Shown here: positions 7,565 to 16,173 of the stretch, in pieces
How positions within the stretch are numbered: position 1 is the first letter of the stretch
Layout of the letters: each line of letters opens with the position of its first letter
Origin: an uncultured Christensenella sp.
Lineage (GTDB): Bacteria > Bacillota > Clostridia > Christensenellales > Aristaeellaceae
DNA: 61,516 bases
Assembly: GCA_964534515.1 (NCBI GenBank)
Contig: CAZHPW010000001.1
Span: 1-61,516 of the forward strand
Reading direction: 5' to 3'
Position numbers and translations under genes: made by a program
The notes under the pieces: generated by a model
What the model was told of the DNA's origin: nothing
The model's input: the letters and a program-made list of their open reading frames with translations, nothing else
Databases searched by the model: none

Positions 7565-9919
7565 ATGAACGCCAAAACACACGCTGACCCCGTAAAACGA
7601 CTGGCCCGAATCCTGGCCATCCTGGCCGCAATTTGCCTCATGCCGCTTGCGCCCATCCCGGTTTTCGCGCAGGAAAAGGAGGTTACCAACCTCTTTGGCA
7701 GCGAGTTGGTGGACAGGCAGGACAGCATCCTCTCTACCGCGCTTGTGGGCGACACCCTATACATCCTGACGCAAAACGCCCTGTACACCTGGACGGGGCA
7801 GGATATGAGGGCGCAAAGGCGCGTGGATTTTGACCCGGCTCAAAGGACGCTAAGACTTCAGGAAGACATGGATAAAAAGCCCCCTGTCTGGGATTTGTTG
7901 TTTACCGACGGCGAGCGCCTTCTAGGCCTGGACGGGCTGCGGCAGACCGTTTACGCCCTTGAATTATCAGGAGACAACCTGACCTATCAGAAAGTCATCA
8001 AACTGGACTTGAGCGAATTTATCTCGGGTGACCCGCCCTTTTCCATGTTCCAGACCCCGGAATGGGCAAAAGTGGTGGATGGGCGTCTATATATCAAACA
8101 GTTGAACTGGGACAACCTGCCCCTTGACCTGTACAGTTTTTACCTGAAGACCGGTGAAAAGACCGGGCACAAGGCCACCAACATCATCGCCCTCACCCCC
8201 TACAAGGACGGCGACTTCATCGCCGTAACCCTGGACCAGAGCCAGCGCTATGACGAGCAGACCGGGGAGCAAATCCCGCCCCAAGCCGCGCTGTACAACC
8301 CGGAAAAAGAGAGTTTGACCCCGCTTGAAATCAGCATTCCCCTCCCCATTAGCGGCACGGGCCGGCTGCACGTTTATTATGACCAGGCCGAGGACGCGCT
8401 GTTTTCCTATACGGATACGGACATCTACCGCTTTGACGGGGATATGAAGGAGAAGAAGCTGATTGGCTATCTGCCCATGTTCAGCAATTTCTCCGTCACG
8501 GGCGCCGGTATCATCGCCCTGCCGGACGGGCGCCTGGCCATCCCCTTTGCCCAGAACATCTTCCTGCGCGAGAAGACGGAAAAAGGGCTTGAGGGCTACG
8601 CCGTTTTACGCATGTCCGGCAGCCTGGATGACACCCAGGCGCTGATGCGCGTGCTGATGGAGATGGACAAAGTGGTCTTCCGCAGCGTGGAGAACACCAA
8701 CTACAACCGCATCACCCAGGAGCAGTTGGCCACCATGTTTTTAACCCGCGATGTGTCAGTGGACCTGATGCTCATTGATACCAATGGCTTTGACATTGAC
8801 AAGTTAATCATGAAAGGCTACCTGGCCGATTTGTCCGCCAGCGTCAAAATCACAAACTACCTCAACGCCCTCGCCCCCAACCTGAAAAAGACCGTCTATG
8901 ACGGGCAAAAGCCCCATGTCCTGCCCATCTCCATAACCGCCTTCCCCATCAGCGCCAATATCAACAATTTGAAGGAGGTGGGCGCGGCCATCCCCACAAC
9001 GCTGCAGGAATATGTGGAGCTGTGCATCCGCTGGGCCACCGAGATGGCGGAGGAGCACCCGGAATACATGTTTATCACCAACTCCACCAACCTCAATTAC
9101 ACCCTGATGACCCAGCTCATTGAGCGATACACCGCCAACCTGCTGGGCGAGGGCAAGGAGCTGCAATTTGACACGCCGCTCTTCCGCGGCCTCATGCAAA
9201 AGGTGATGGACGCCGACTATGGTGATTTGGGCCGCGAGGTGGACTGGGAAGAAGCCGACGATGAGGCCATGATGGAGCTGTGGGAGAAAAGCCCGCTGTT
9301 TGAGTCGGGTATGGGCTTTGACCCGCAAAACGCCGTGGGCGGGATGAGAAACAGCGACAACAACAAGCAGCAATACCTCTACCTGCCCCAGGAGGAAGGC
9401 GGGGAGGGCCAGGTGGAAGCGAACATGCAACTGATGGTGGTTCTGAAAACCAGTGAGAACAAGGACGCCGCCATCACCTTCCTGGAGCATTACCTGGACA
9501 AGATGAACGCCTTAAGCCGCGCCGCCCTGACCCCTGATATGACCCAGGCAATCCCCAACCCCAATTATGAAAAAGAATTAAAAGACAGCGAAAGCGCCCT
9601 TACACGCTATCAGGAGCAGATGGATAAACTAACCGGCGCTGAGAAAAGCAACGTGGAAGAAAACTTCAAGTACATGAAGAGCCACCATGAGCGCTTAAAG
9701 ACCAGTGGACAGTACTGGGCTACGGAGGAGGAGATGAAGGCCCTGCACGAAACCATCTCCCACTTCTTCCTTTTCTCCGGCCTGGGCAACACCCAGCGCA
9801 GAACCTACTGGGATTCCTATGAGCTTGTGGACCAGATGATAGACGGCGTCATCAGCCTGGAGCAGTTTGTAAAACAGATGGATGACAAACTGCGTTTGGT
9901 GAGGATGGAATATCAATAA
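7565..9919 (+). CDS. Large secreted protein of unknown function: repeat-rich N-terminal half fused to a solute-binding-protein-like C-terminal half
   Basis: ORF 7541-9919 trimmed to ATG 7565 (GGAGGAACC upstream). Signal peptide LARILAILAAICLMPLAPIPVFAQE. The N-terminal ~330 aa has recurring beta-strand-like motifs (LYILTQNALYTW, GRLYIKQLNW, DIYRFDG, GRLAIPF). The C-terminal ~450 aa looks like a large family-1 SBP. Confidence 0.7.
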   Translation: MNAKTHADPVKRLARILAILAAICLMPLAPIPVFAQEKEVTNLFGSELVDRQDSILSTALVGDTLYILTQNALYTWTGQDMRAQRRVDFDPAQRTLRLQEDMDKKPPVWDLLFTDGERLLGLDGLRQTVYALELSGDNLTYQKVIKLDLSEFISGDPPFSMFQTPEWAKVVDGRLYIKQLNWDNLPLDLYSFYLKTGEKTGHKATNIIALTPYKDGDFIAVTLDQSQRYDEQTGEQIPPQAALYNPEKESLTPLEISIPLPISGTGRLHVYYDQAEDALFSYTDTDIYRFDGDMKEKKLIGYLPMFSNFSVTGAGIIALPDGRLAIPFAQNIFLREKTEKGLEGYAVLRMSGSLDDTQALMRVLMEMDKVVFRSVENTNYNRITQEQLATMFLTRDVSVDLMLIDTNGFDIDKLIMKGYLADLSASVKITNYLNALAPNLKKTVYDGQKPHVLPISITAFPISANINNLKEVGAAIPTTLQEYVELCIRWATEMAEEHPEYMFITNSTNLNYTLMTQLIERYTANLLGEGKELQFDTPLFRGLMQKVMDADYGDLGREVDWEEADDEAMMELWEKSPLFESGMGFDPQNAVGGMRNSDNNKQQYLYLPQEEGGEGQVEANMQLMVVLKTSENKDAAITFLEHYLDKMNALSRAALTPDMTQAIPNPNYEKELKDSESALTRYQEQMDKLTGAEKSNVEENFKYMKSHHERLKTSGQYWATEEEMKALHETISHFFLFSGLGNTQRRTYWDSYELVDQMIDGVISLEQFVKQMDDKLRLVRMEYQ

Positions 9920-9943
9920 ATGACGGTATTTTAAATTAAAGAG

Positions 9944-10090
9944 AATGGCCGCTTTTCTGGAAAGCCGCGCCAAGAACTTCCAAAAAACTATAAATCCCAA
10001 AGTTTCTTTTGCTTCTTTTCTTTTCAAAGAAAAGAAGCGTTCCTCTTTTTCGCCACAAAACCACATACCTTGGAAAAATTACAAACCATT
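9944..10090 (+). repeat. Intergenic element, copy A (homologous to 40459-40615 on the minus strand)
   Basis: Degenerate GC hairpin H1 (9947-9971, GGCCGCTTTTCTGGAAAGCCGCGCC), an AT-rich spacer with CTATAAAT, and AAAGTTTCTTTTG. Then an AU-rich 12-bp hairpin H2, GCTTCTTTTCTT/AAGAAAAGAAGC (10011-10038), followed by GTTCCTCTTTTT. The same blocks in the same order occur downstream of metY. Confidence 0.5.
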
Positions 10091-10100
10091 CAATTCACCC

Positions 10101-10130
10101 TTGAAGATTCCCGGGACAGGGGTATAGAAT
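10101..10130 (+). promoter_or_regulatory. Candidate promoter of the MFS transporter gene
   Basis: TTGAAG (10101-10106), 18-nt spacer, TAGAAT (10125-10130), 34 nt upstream of ATG 10164. Confidence 0.45.
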
Positions 10131-10163
10131 GCGTTTGAGGCATAGGCCTTTTTGGAGGCAAGC

Positions 10164-11363
10164 ATGGACAAAGAGAAATCAGCCGCGCACAAGGGCACCC
10201 GGAACATCGTGATTCTGGGGCTTATCAGCTGTTTTGCGGACATATCCTCAGAGATGGTCTACCCCATTGTGCCGCTGTATTTAACCGCGGCCCTGGGCGC
10301 GACGCCCGCCCTGGTCGGCCTGATTGAGGGCATCGCGGAGAGCCTGGCCAGCCTGCTGAAAGTGTTCAGCGGCTATGTCTCCGACCGCTTCCAGAAGAAG
10401 AAAGCCCTGGCTTTCTCCGGCTACGCGACGGGCGTGATTTATAAACTGGCCCTGCTGTTGACCCGCACCTGGGGCGGGGTTTTGGCCGCGCGGGTGATAG
10501 ACCGCTTCGGCAAGGGCATCAGGACAGCGCCGCGGGATGTGATGGTGGCGCAGAGCGCGGTCAATCAGGATGTGGGCCGCGCGTTTGGGCTGCACAAGGC
10601 GCTTGACATGTTCGGCTCCGCGATTGGCATCCTGCTGGCCTACCTCATTTTGACCCGTTGGGGCGAGGGCAATTATGACCGGGTCTTCCTCTGGTCCATT
10701 GTGCCGGTGGTCATCGCGCTGGTGCTGTTCATCTTCTTGAAGGAAAAGAAAGAAGCGCGCCCTGCTGTCATGAGGGAGCGCTTCTGGACAAGGCTGCGGG
10801 AGTTGGACAGCCGGCTCAAGTTGTTTCTGCTGGTCATTTTTGTGTTCACCCTGGGCAATTCCTCAAACGGCTTTTTGCTGCTGCGCGCGAAGGACAGCGG
10901 GTTTTCCGACACCCAGGCCATCCTCTTGTACTTCCTGTACAACTTAACCGCCTCCATCCTGGCCCTGCCCTTTGGCAGGCTGTCGGACAGAATTGGCCGC
11001 AAAAAATTGCTGGTAACGGGCTACCTGGTCTTTGCCGCCGTTTACCTGGGCTTTGCCTTCCTGGGGGAAAAGACCTCTTATGTCTTCCTGTTCATCCTCT
11101 ACGGCGTGTACACCGCGATGACAGCCGGGGTGGAGCGGGCCTTGGTATCAGAAGTTGCGCCCGGCAGCCTCAAGGGCACGATGCTGGGCTTGCACGCGAC
11201 CATTTCAGGCCTGGCCCTGCTGCCCGCCAGCGCGGTGGCCGGCTTGCTCTGGACGCGTTTTGGCGCGCAGGCGCCCTTTATCTACGGCGGGGCGCTGGCC
11301 GCCCTGGCCGCTTTGATGCTGGCGCTCTGGCTCAAGCCCGGAAAGGCGCTTCAGCCCTCCTGA
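10164..11363 (+). CDS. MFS transporter
   Basis: ORF 10152-11363 trimmed to ATG 10164 (GGAGG 6 nt upstream). About 12 TM helices, with the MFS-type loop GRLSDRIGRKK between TM helices. Confidence 0.9.
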   Translation: MDKEKSAAHKGTRNIVILGLISCFADISSEMVYPIVPLYLTAALGATPALVGLIEGIAESLASLLKVFSGYVSDRFQKKKALAFSGYATGVIYKLALLLTRTWGGVLAARVIDRFGKGIRTAPRDVMVAQSAVNQDVGRAFGLHKALDMFGSAIGILLAYLILTRWGEGNYDRVFLWSIVPVVIALVLFIFLKEKKEARPAVMRERFWTRLRELDSRLKLFLLVIFVFTLGNSSNGFLLLRAKDSGFSDTQAILLYFLYNLTASILALPFGRLSDRIGRKKLLVTGYLVFAAVYLGFAFLGEKTSYVFLFILYGVYTAMTAGVERALVSEVAPGSLKGTMLGLHATISGLALLPASAVAGLLWTRFGAQAPFIYGGALAALAALMLALWLKPGKALQPS

Positions 11364-11773
11364 GCGGGCAGCGCCTTTTTGAGCGCCAGGAAGAAATAAA
11401 TGAGCGCCGCAGCCAGGATGATGTGGCTAAGTCCGGCGAAGCCGGAAATGGCCGCGTCCATTCCCCTGGACAAGGGGGTGGCAAGCACGTCCGTCACGCC
11501 GCGAACCAGCATCATAACCGCCATGAACGGCAGGCCGATGGTGTGCAGGGTCAGGAAGGTTTGAAAGCGCTTTTCACCCTGAAGCGGCAGCCTGTCATAA
11601 AACAAGGCCGCGACCAACAGCAACAGCGCGCCCATCATGAACAGGTGCGGATGCAAAAAGGACAGTGCGGTGCTGCCGGTGAAGCCGTTGAGCTTTGTGA
11701 ACTCCCGGTAAAAGACGCCGGCCGCCAGGGCAAAAAGCAGGTAGATGAAGGCGCGGTTGATGAGTTTTCGCAT
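11351..11773 (-). CDS. DUF2871-like small membrane protein
   Basis: ORF trimmed to ATG 11773 (AAGGAG upstream). 140 aa and 4 TM. The N-terminal RAFIYLLFALAAGVFYREFTKLNGFTG matches my memory of the DUF2871 consensus. The 3' end overlaps the MFS gene 3' end by 13 nt. Confidence 0.65.
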   Translation of the reverse strand: MRKLINRAFIYLLFALAAGVFYREFTKLNGFTGSTALSFLHPHLFMMGALLLLVAALFYDRLPLQGEKRFQTFLTLHTIGLPFMAVMMLVRGVTDVLATPLSRGMDAAISGFAGLSHIILAAALIYFFLALKKALPAQEG

Positions 11774-11945
11774 GGTGGTTCTCCTTTGATGTGTGCTTGA
11801 TGACCAGTATAATAAAAACTTGATAACGTTCAAATAATCTTCTGTTAAGATGGGATGAAGGCCTCTGCCCCAGGCGTTTTATGTGCGCTCCAAAGGCAGG
11901 GTTGAAGGCCCGGTATATGCCCGCGGTGAAAAGGACGGTTGTTTT

Positions 11946-13139
11946 ATGGCAAAGCGTTTTCTGGTCTCCCTCTTGTCCCTGCTGCTCATCTGCTGCCTGG
12001 TTTTCTCAGGCGCGGCGGAATATCAGACCCTGCAGTCCGGCGACCGCGGGGACGCGGTGCGCAAAATGAAGCTGCGCCTGTTTGACCTTGGGTATACCAA
12101 AAGCCTCAAGGACAACAAGAGCGTCTTCACCAAGGACACCGTCCGCGAACTGATTGACTTTCAGCAGGCCAACGCGCTTGCCGGCACCGGCGTGGCGGAT
12201 GAGGCGACGCTCACCAAATTGTTTGCCAAGGACGCGGTCAAAGCCCCCCTGCCGGAGGACAGAATCATCTACAACATTGACCCGGACAGCGTGCCCCAGC
12301 CCATCTATGACGAGCCGGCCGAACTGACCGAGGAGGGCTTTTTGCTTCCGGGCAGCGCGCCATTTGTCCACAAGGACCGGGAGAACGGCTACTGGCTTTA
12401 TGTGTCAGAGAACATCCGGGTGGAGGTGACCAGGCTCTATCAGGCGCAGGGCAAACTGGAATGGTTTGAGGCCTTCATCACCTACAAGGAGGGCGGCATG
12501 CCCAAAAGCGTCCACTCCCGAAACGACGGCAAGCGCAGCGATGACCCGCTCAAATTAGCCGAGGAGGTGGGCGCGGTGCTGGCCATCAACGATGATTATT
12601 ACCGCTACCGCGTGAAGGCGGGCGAGCGGGTGGGCGTGATTGTACGCGAGTCCACCGCGATGTCGGACAACACCACGCCGCAAAACCACTCCCGCATCCC
12701 TTCCTTGGAAGTGATGGCGCTGTTTAATGACGGGCGCATGCAGACCTTTGACTCAGACGCCTATACGGCGCAGGATTACATTGACATGGGCGTCACGGAC
12801 ACCTGGGCCTTTGGCCCCATCCTGGTGCAGGACGGGGAAATCCCGCGCTATTATTACTCCAAGGATTATAGAACCTACCAGGAGCCGCGAACCGCGGTGG
12901 GCATGATTGGGCACAACCAGTACTGTGCCCTCATGGTGACCGGGCGCAAGGAAAACAGCAAAGGCGCGACCTTTGGCTGGATGGCCGAAAAGATGCTGGC
13001 CATGGGCGCGAAGGAAGCCCTGAACCTGGACGGCGGCGGCAGCGCCGTGATGGTCTTTATGGACGAGATATTGAACAAGTCCCTAAACAACCAGACCGCC
13101 AGGGACATCTCGGGCATCATCGCGTTTTGTGACAACTAA
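11946..13139 (+). CDS. Secreted peptidoglycan-binding domain + phosphodiester glycosidase (NAGPA/DUF2233-like) protein
   Basis: ORF trimmed to ATG 11946. Signal/anchor MAKRFLVSLLSLLLICCLVFSGAA, PG_binding_1-like LQSGDRGDAVRKMKLRLFDLGY, and C-terminal PRTAVG ... LNLDGGGSAVMVF typical of the NAGPA family. Confidence 0.8.
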   Translation: MAKRFLVSLLSLLLICCLVFSGAAEYQTLQSGDRGDAVRKMKLRLFDLGYTKSLKDNKSVFTKDTVRELIDFQQANALAGTGVADEATLTKLFAKDAVKAPLPEDRIIYNIDPDSVPQPIYDEPAELTEEGFLLPGSAPFVHKDRENGYWLYVSENIRVEVTRLYQAQGKLEWFEAFITYKEGGMPKSVHSRNDGKRSDDPLKLAEEVGAVLAINDDYYRYRVKAGERVGVIVRESTAMSDNTTPQNHSRIPSLEVMALFNDGRMQTFDSDAYTAQDYIDMGVTDTWAFGPILVQDGEIPRYYYSKDYRTYQEPRTAVGMIGHNQYCALMVTGRKENSKGATFGWMAEKMLAMGAKEALNLDGGGSAVMVFMDEILNKSLNNQTARDISGIIAFCDN

Positions 13140-13531
13140 ATGCCAAAGAGCTGGCGCAGGGCGCTGGGCCAAAGCAGATGCAGCACCACCAGGGCAACGC
13201 TGACAAAGGCCATGATTTTGTGAATCTTGAAAATCTGCTTGTTCTTGAGTTTCCAATGCAGAATGCCCAAGATGGCCGTGATGACAAAGGCGCCAAAGGC
13301 CAAAAGCCCCGTGTGCAGATTCAAACGGAAGATGGTGTAGCCATGCCAGGCCGCCAGCGCCGCCAGCAAAACGCCCAGGGGCTTGTGCAGTTTGCGCAGG
13401 AACTTGAGCGTGTCGGTGAAGCGCTTGGACTTGGTCTTGAAAGTCCATTTGTTGAGGGTGCGCAGCCAGTAGGGCGCGGTGACCACCACCAGCAAAAAGA
13501 GGGTCAGGTAGCCCATGAGGCGATAATCCAT
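13136..13531 (-). CDS. Small 4-TM membrane protein with paired His residues (putative b-type cytochrome-like)
   Basis: 131 aa. His residues sit at both ends of TM2-TM4: H49/H63, H73/H92, H104/H118. Two of the pairs are 14 residues apart. Family not identified. Confidence 0.65.
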   Translation of the reverse strand: MDYRLMGYLTLFLLVVVTAPYWLRTLNKWTFKTKSKRFTDTLKFLRKLHKPLGVLLAALAAWHGYTIFRLNLHTGLLAFGAFVITAILGILHWKLKNKQIFKIHKIMAFVSVALVVLHLLWPSALRQLFGI

Positions 13532-13749
13532 AGAATTCCTCCAAATCAGTTTGTTTTCTAGTTAGATAGCGGATGTTGTCAGATGCCGGGCGAAATTTGA
13601 ATCGCAAAGATGGGGCGAGGATTTTTTGAGGCTCCGAGCGGTTGAGTGAAGGAGGAATAGCCCTGCGCTATTTTGACTGAACGAAACAAAGCGGAGGCCA
13701 AGAAATACCGTCTCATCAAAACGATGAAAATCAAGCCCTGCATCCCCAT

Positions 13750-13793
13750 AAAAAGAAAAGCGCCGGCTGCGTACAAGACGCGGTCGGCGCTTT
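13750..13793 (-). terminator. Hairpin/terminator downstream of the cytochrome-b5-like gene
   Basis: 12-bp GC-rich stem GCGCCGGCTGCG/CGCGGTCGGCGC (13760-13790) with two imperfect positions. On the minus strand it is followed by TTTTCTTTTTAT. Confidence 0.5.
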
Positions 13794-13802
13794 AATAAAT
13801 GT

Positions 13803-14216
13803 TTACTCGGTCACCAGCACGCCGATTTTGACGACGTTGTCCAGTTTGCCCACGCCATGGGGGGATTTTTCCTTGATGTCGGTGGTCAGGTCCTTGCCCG
13901 CCTCAAAGCCGTTGTGAGCGCCATTGGCCCAAGCCTTGCTGTCGGTCACGTCATAAATGACGCCGTCCACCGCGATATAGGCGCGCGCGCCATCCTTGCC
14001 GTTGAACTTGGCCAGCTCTTCCAGGGTCAGCTTGAGCTCCTCGGCGGTTTCGGTGGTTTCAGTGGTGGTGGTTTCGGTGACTTCAGCCGCGGGGGCCGCG
14101 GTCTCCGCGACCGGGACGGGGGTGGGGGTGGCCTCGGGCTGCTTGGGGGCACAGGCGACCAGAACCAGAACCAGGGCGGCCAGGAGGGCCAGAACGCTTA
14201 ATTTCTTCAATTTCAT
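13803..14216 (-). CDS. Cytochrome b5-like heme/steroid-binding domain lipoprotein
   Basis: 137 aa. Lipobox LVLVAC, a Thr/Glu/Pro/Ala-rich linker, then LTLEELAKFNGKDGARAYIAVDGVIYDVTDSKAWANGAHNGFEAGKDLT, typical of bacterial b5/MAPR-like domains. Confidence 0.8.
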   Translation of the reverse strand: MKLKKLSVLALLAALVLVLVACAPKQPEATPTPVPVAETAAPAAEVTETTTTETTETAEELKLTLEELAKFNGKDGARAYIAVDGVIYDVTDSKAWANGAHNGFEAGKDLTTDIKEKSPHGVGKLDNVVKIGVLVTE

Positions 14217-14420
14217 GACAGAAATCCTTTCAAATTGATTCGCGGGAAAACTGCCCGCATTTTTTATATACCCCCTGATGCATGAATAAACACAGCAAAT
14301 TTGGTTTTTTTGTCCGAGGAAACCGGAAAACTGAAGGCAAACAATACAAAAACAGCAGATTTATTTGCTTTGGTATATGCTCAATTCAACGCATTTTGAT
14401 GTTGAACGGGAGGGCTTGCC

Positions 14421-15002
14421 TTGTTCCAACTTGTGCCGTTTTTGACCTATGTGGTCGTGTCCGCCATCACCCCGGGGCCCAACAACATCCTGTCCATGTC
14501 CAACGGCAGCCGCCTGGGTTTCAAAAAAGCGCTGCCCTTCAACGCGGGCATCGGCGCGGGCTTTGTGATGGTGATGCTGCTGTGCACCGCTTTTGCGAGC
14601 CTGCTGCGCACGGTGCTGCCTGTCCTGAAACTGCCCATGAAAATCATCGGCGCGTTGTACATCCTCTACCTGGCGTACAAGACCTACACCAACAAGGGCG
14701 ATATCAGAGAAAACCACAGCAAATCCGGCTTTGTCCAGGGGATGACGCTGCAGTTCATCAACCCCAAAATCATCCTCTACGGCATCTTGTCTATGGAGGT
14801 CTACATCCTGCCCCATTTCGCGGACAGGCCGCTTTACCTGGTCTTCTTCGCGGTCCTCCTGGCCGCCATCGGCACCACCTGCACCCTGCTGTGGTCGGCC
14901 TTTGGCGCGGTGTTCAAGCGCCTGTTCTCAGAGCACGGGCGGGTGGTGAACACGGTGATGGCCATCGCCCTCTTGTACTGCGCGGTCTCCCTGTTTTTAT
15001 AA
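14421..15002 (+). CDS. LysE/RhtB-family amino-acid exporter
   Basis: 193 aa. The N-terminus FLTYVVVSAITPGPNNILSMSNG is the LysE-family signature. TTG start 7 nt after GGAGGG. Confidence 0.85.
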   Translation: MFQLVPFLTYVVVSAITPGPNNILSMSNGSRLGFKKALPFNAGIGAGFVMVMLLCTAFASLLRTVLPVLKLPMKIIGALYILYLAYKTYTNKGDIRENHSKSGFVQGMTLQFINPKIILYGILSMEVYILPHFADRPLYLVFFAVLLAAIGTTCTLLWSAFGAVFKRLFSEHGRVVNTVMAIALLYCAVSLFL

Positions 15003-15080
15003 ACCAGCCTTTTGCGGTTTCGCCGCCTGTCGGCGGCTTTTTGCGCTATAATGGGCTCAATACATTGGGAGGTAAAGCCC

Positions 15081-16118
15081 ATGAAAACCATCACCATCAT
15101 CGGAGCGGGCATGATGGGCTCCGCGATGAGCATCCCGGCCCGGGAAAACGGTCACGCGGTCCGTCTGGTCGGCACGCCGCTGGACCGTGACATCATCAAA
15201 ACCGCGAAGGCCACTGGCCGCCATAAGACCATGGACCGGCTTTTGCCCGAAGGCCTGTCCTATTATCATTTTGAGGAAGCGGAGCAGGCGCTCAAAGGCT
15301 GTGATTATGTCATCTGCGGGGTGAGCAGCTTTGGCGTGGATTGGTTTATCCAGGAAGCCCTGCCCAGGATTCCTGAAAGCGTGCCCATCCTGATGGTGAC
15401 CAAGGGACTGTACCACGACAGCCGGGGCAGGCTTACCGCCTTCCCGGACTATGTCTTACGGCAAAGCGGCACCAAGCACACCCTCTGCGCCATCGGCGGC
15501 CCCTGCACCAGCTATGAATTGGCGGACAGGAACCATTCCTACGTGGCTTTCTGCGGCAAGGATAAGAAGGCGCTTTCCCTGATGCGGGAGGCGCTCAAAA
15601 CCGATTTTTATCACATCAGCTTAACGGATGATGTCTTTGGCCTGGAGTGCGCGGTTGCGCTGAAGAACGCTTACGCGCTCGCGGTGTCCCTGGCGGTCGG
15701 CCTGCATGAGCAGGCGCACGGGGAGGGCGGCGTTTTGGCCTACAACCCCCAGGCCGCCCTCTTTGCCCAGAGCGTCAAGGAGATGAGAAAGCTGCTGCGC
15801 CTGTTGGGCGGGCGGGAAGAGAACATCGTTTTCGGCGCGGGCGACCTGTATGTGACCGTCTTTGGCGGACGCACCCGGAAACTGGGCGCCTTGCTTGGCC
15901 GGGGCTACACCATCAAGGAGGCGCTTGAACAATTGTCCGGCGTGACGCTGGAGAGCGTGGTCATCGCCGGACGCACCCACGACGCGCTGATGGCGCTGAA
16001 CGCCCAGGGCAAGGCCGCGCTGTCTGACTTCCCGCTGCTGAGCCACATCGGCCGCTTGCTCAAGGGCGAAACCACGCTCAACATCCCCTGGGCGGAGTTT
16101 GAGGAAGATTATCTGTAA
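15081..16118 (+). CDS. NAD(P)H-dependent glycerol-3-phosphate dehydrogenase-like oxidoreductase
   Basis: ORF trimmed to ATG 15081 (GGGAGG upstream). Rossmann motif ITIIGAGMMGSA. GpsA-like blocks LKNAYALAVSLAVGL and GDLYVTVFGGRTRKLG. Probably a divergent paralogue. Confidence 0.7.
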   Translation: MKTITIIGAGMMGSAMSIPARENGHAVRLVGTPLDRDIIKTAKATGRHKTMDRLLPEGLSYYHFEEAEQALKGCDYVICGVSSFGVDWFIQEALPRIPESVPILMVTKGLYHDSRGRLTAFPDYVLRQSGTKHTLCAIGGPCTSYELADRNHSYVAFCGKDKKALSLMREALKTDFYHISLTDDVFGLECAVALKNAYALAVSLAVGLHEQAHGEGGVLAYNPQAALFAQSVKEMRKLLRLLGGREENIVFGAGDLYVTVFGGRTRKLGALLGRGYTIKEALEQLSGVTLESVVIAGRTHDALMALNAQGKAALSDFPLLSHIGRLLKGETTLNIPWAEFEEDYL

Positions 16119-16173
16119 AAGAGCCACACAAAAAAAGCCCTGTGAAACAGCGCTTTTTGCTTTGAATGCAAAT

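Noticed and set aside
13532-13749. Possible riboswitch/ncRNA in the 270-nt gap between the b5-like gene and the His-paired membrane-protein gene
   Set aside because: Only short local hairpins are present (for example ATAGC-GCAGG-GCTAT) and I recognise no known RNA family core. It is left unannotated apart from the terminator-like hairpin.
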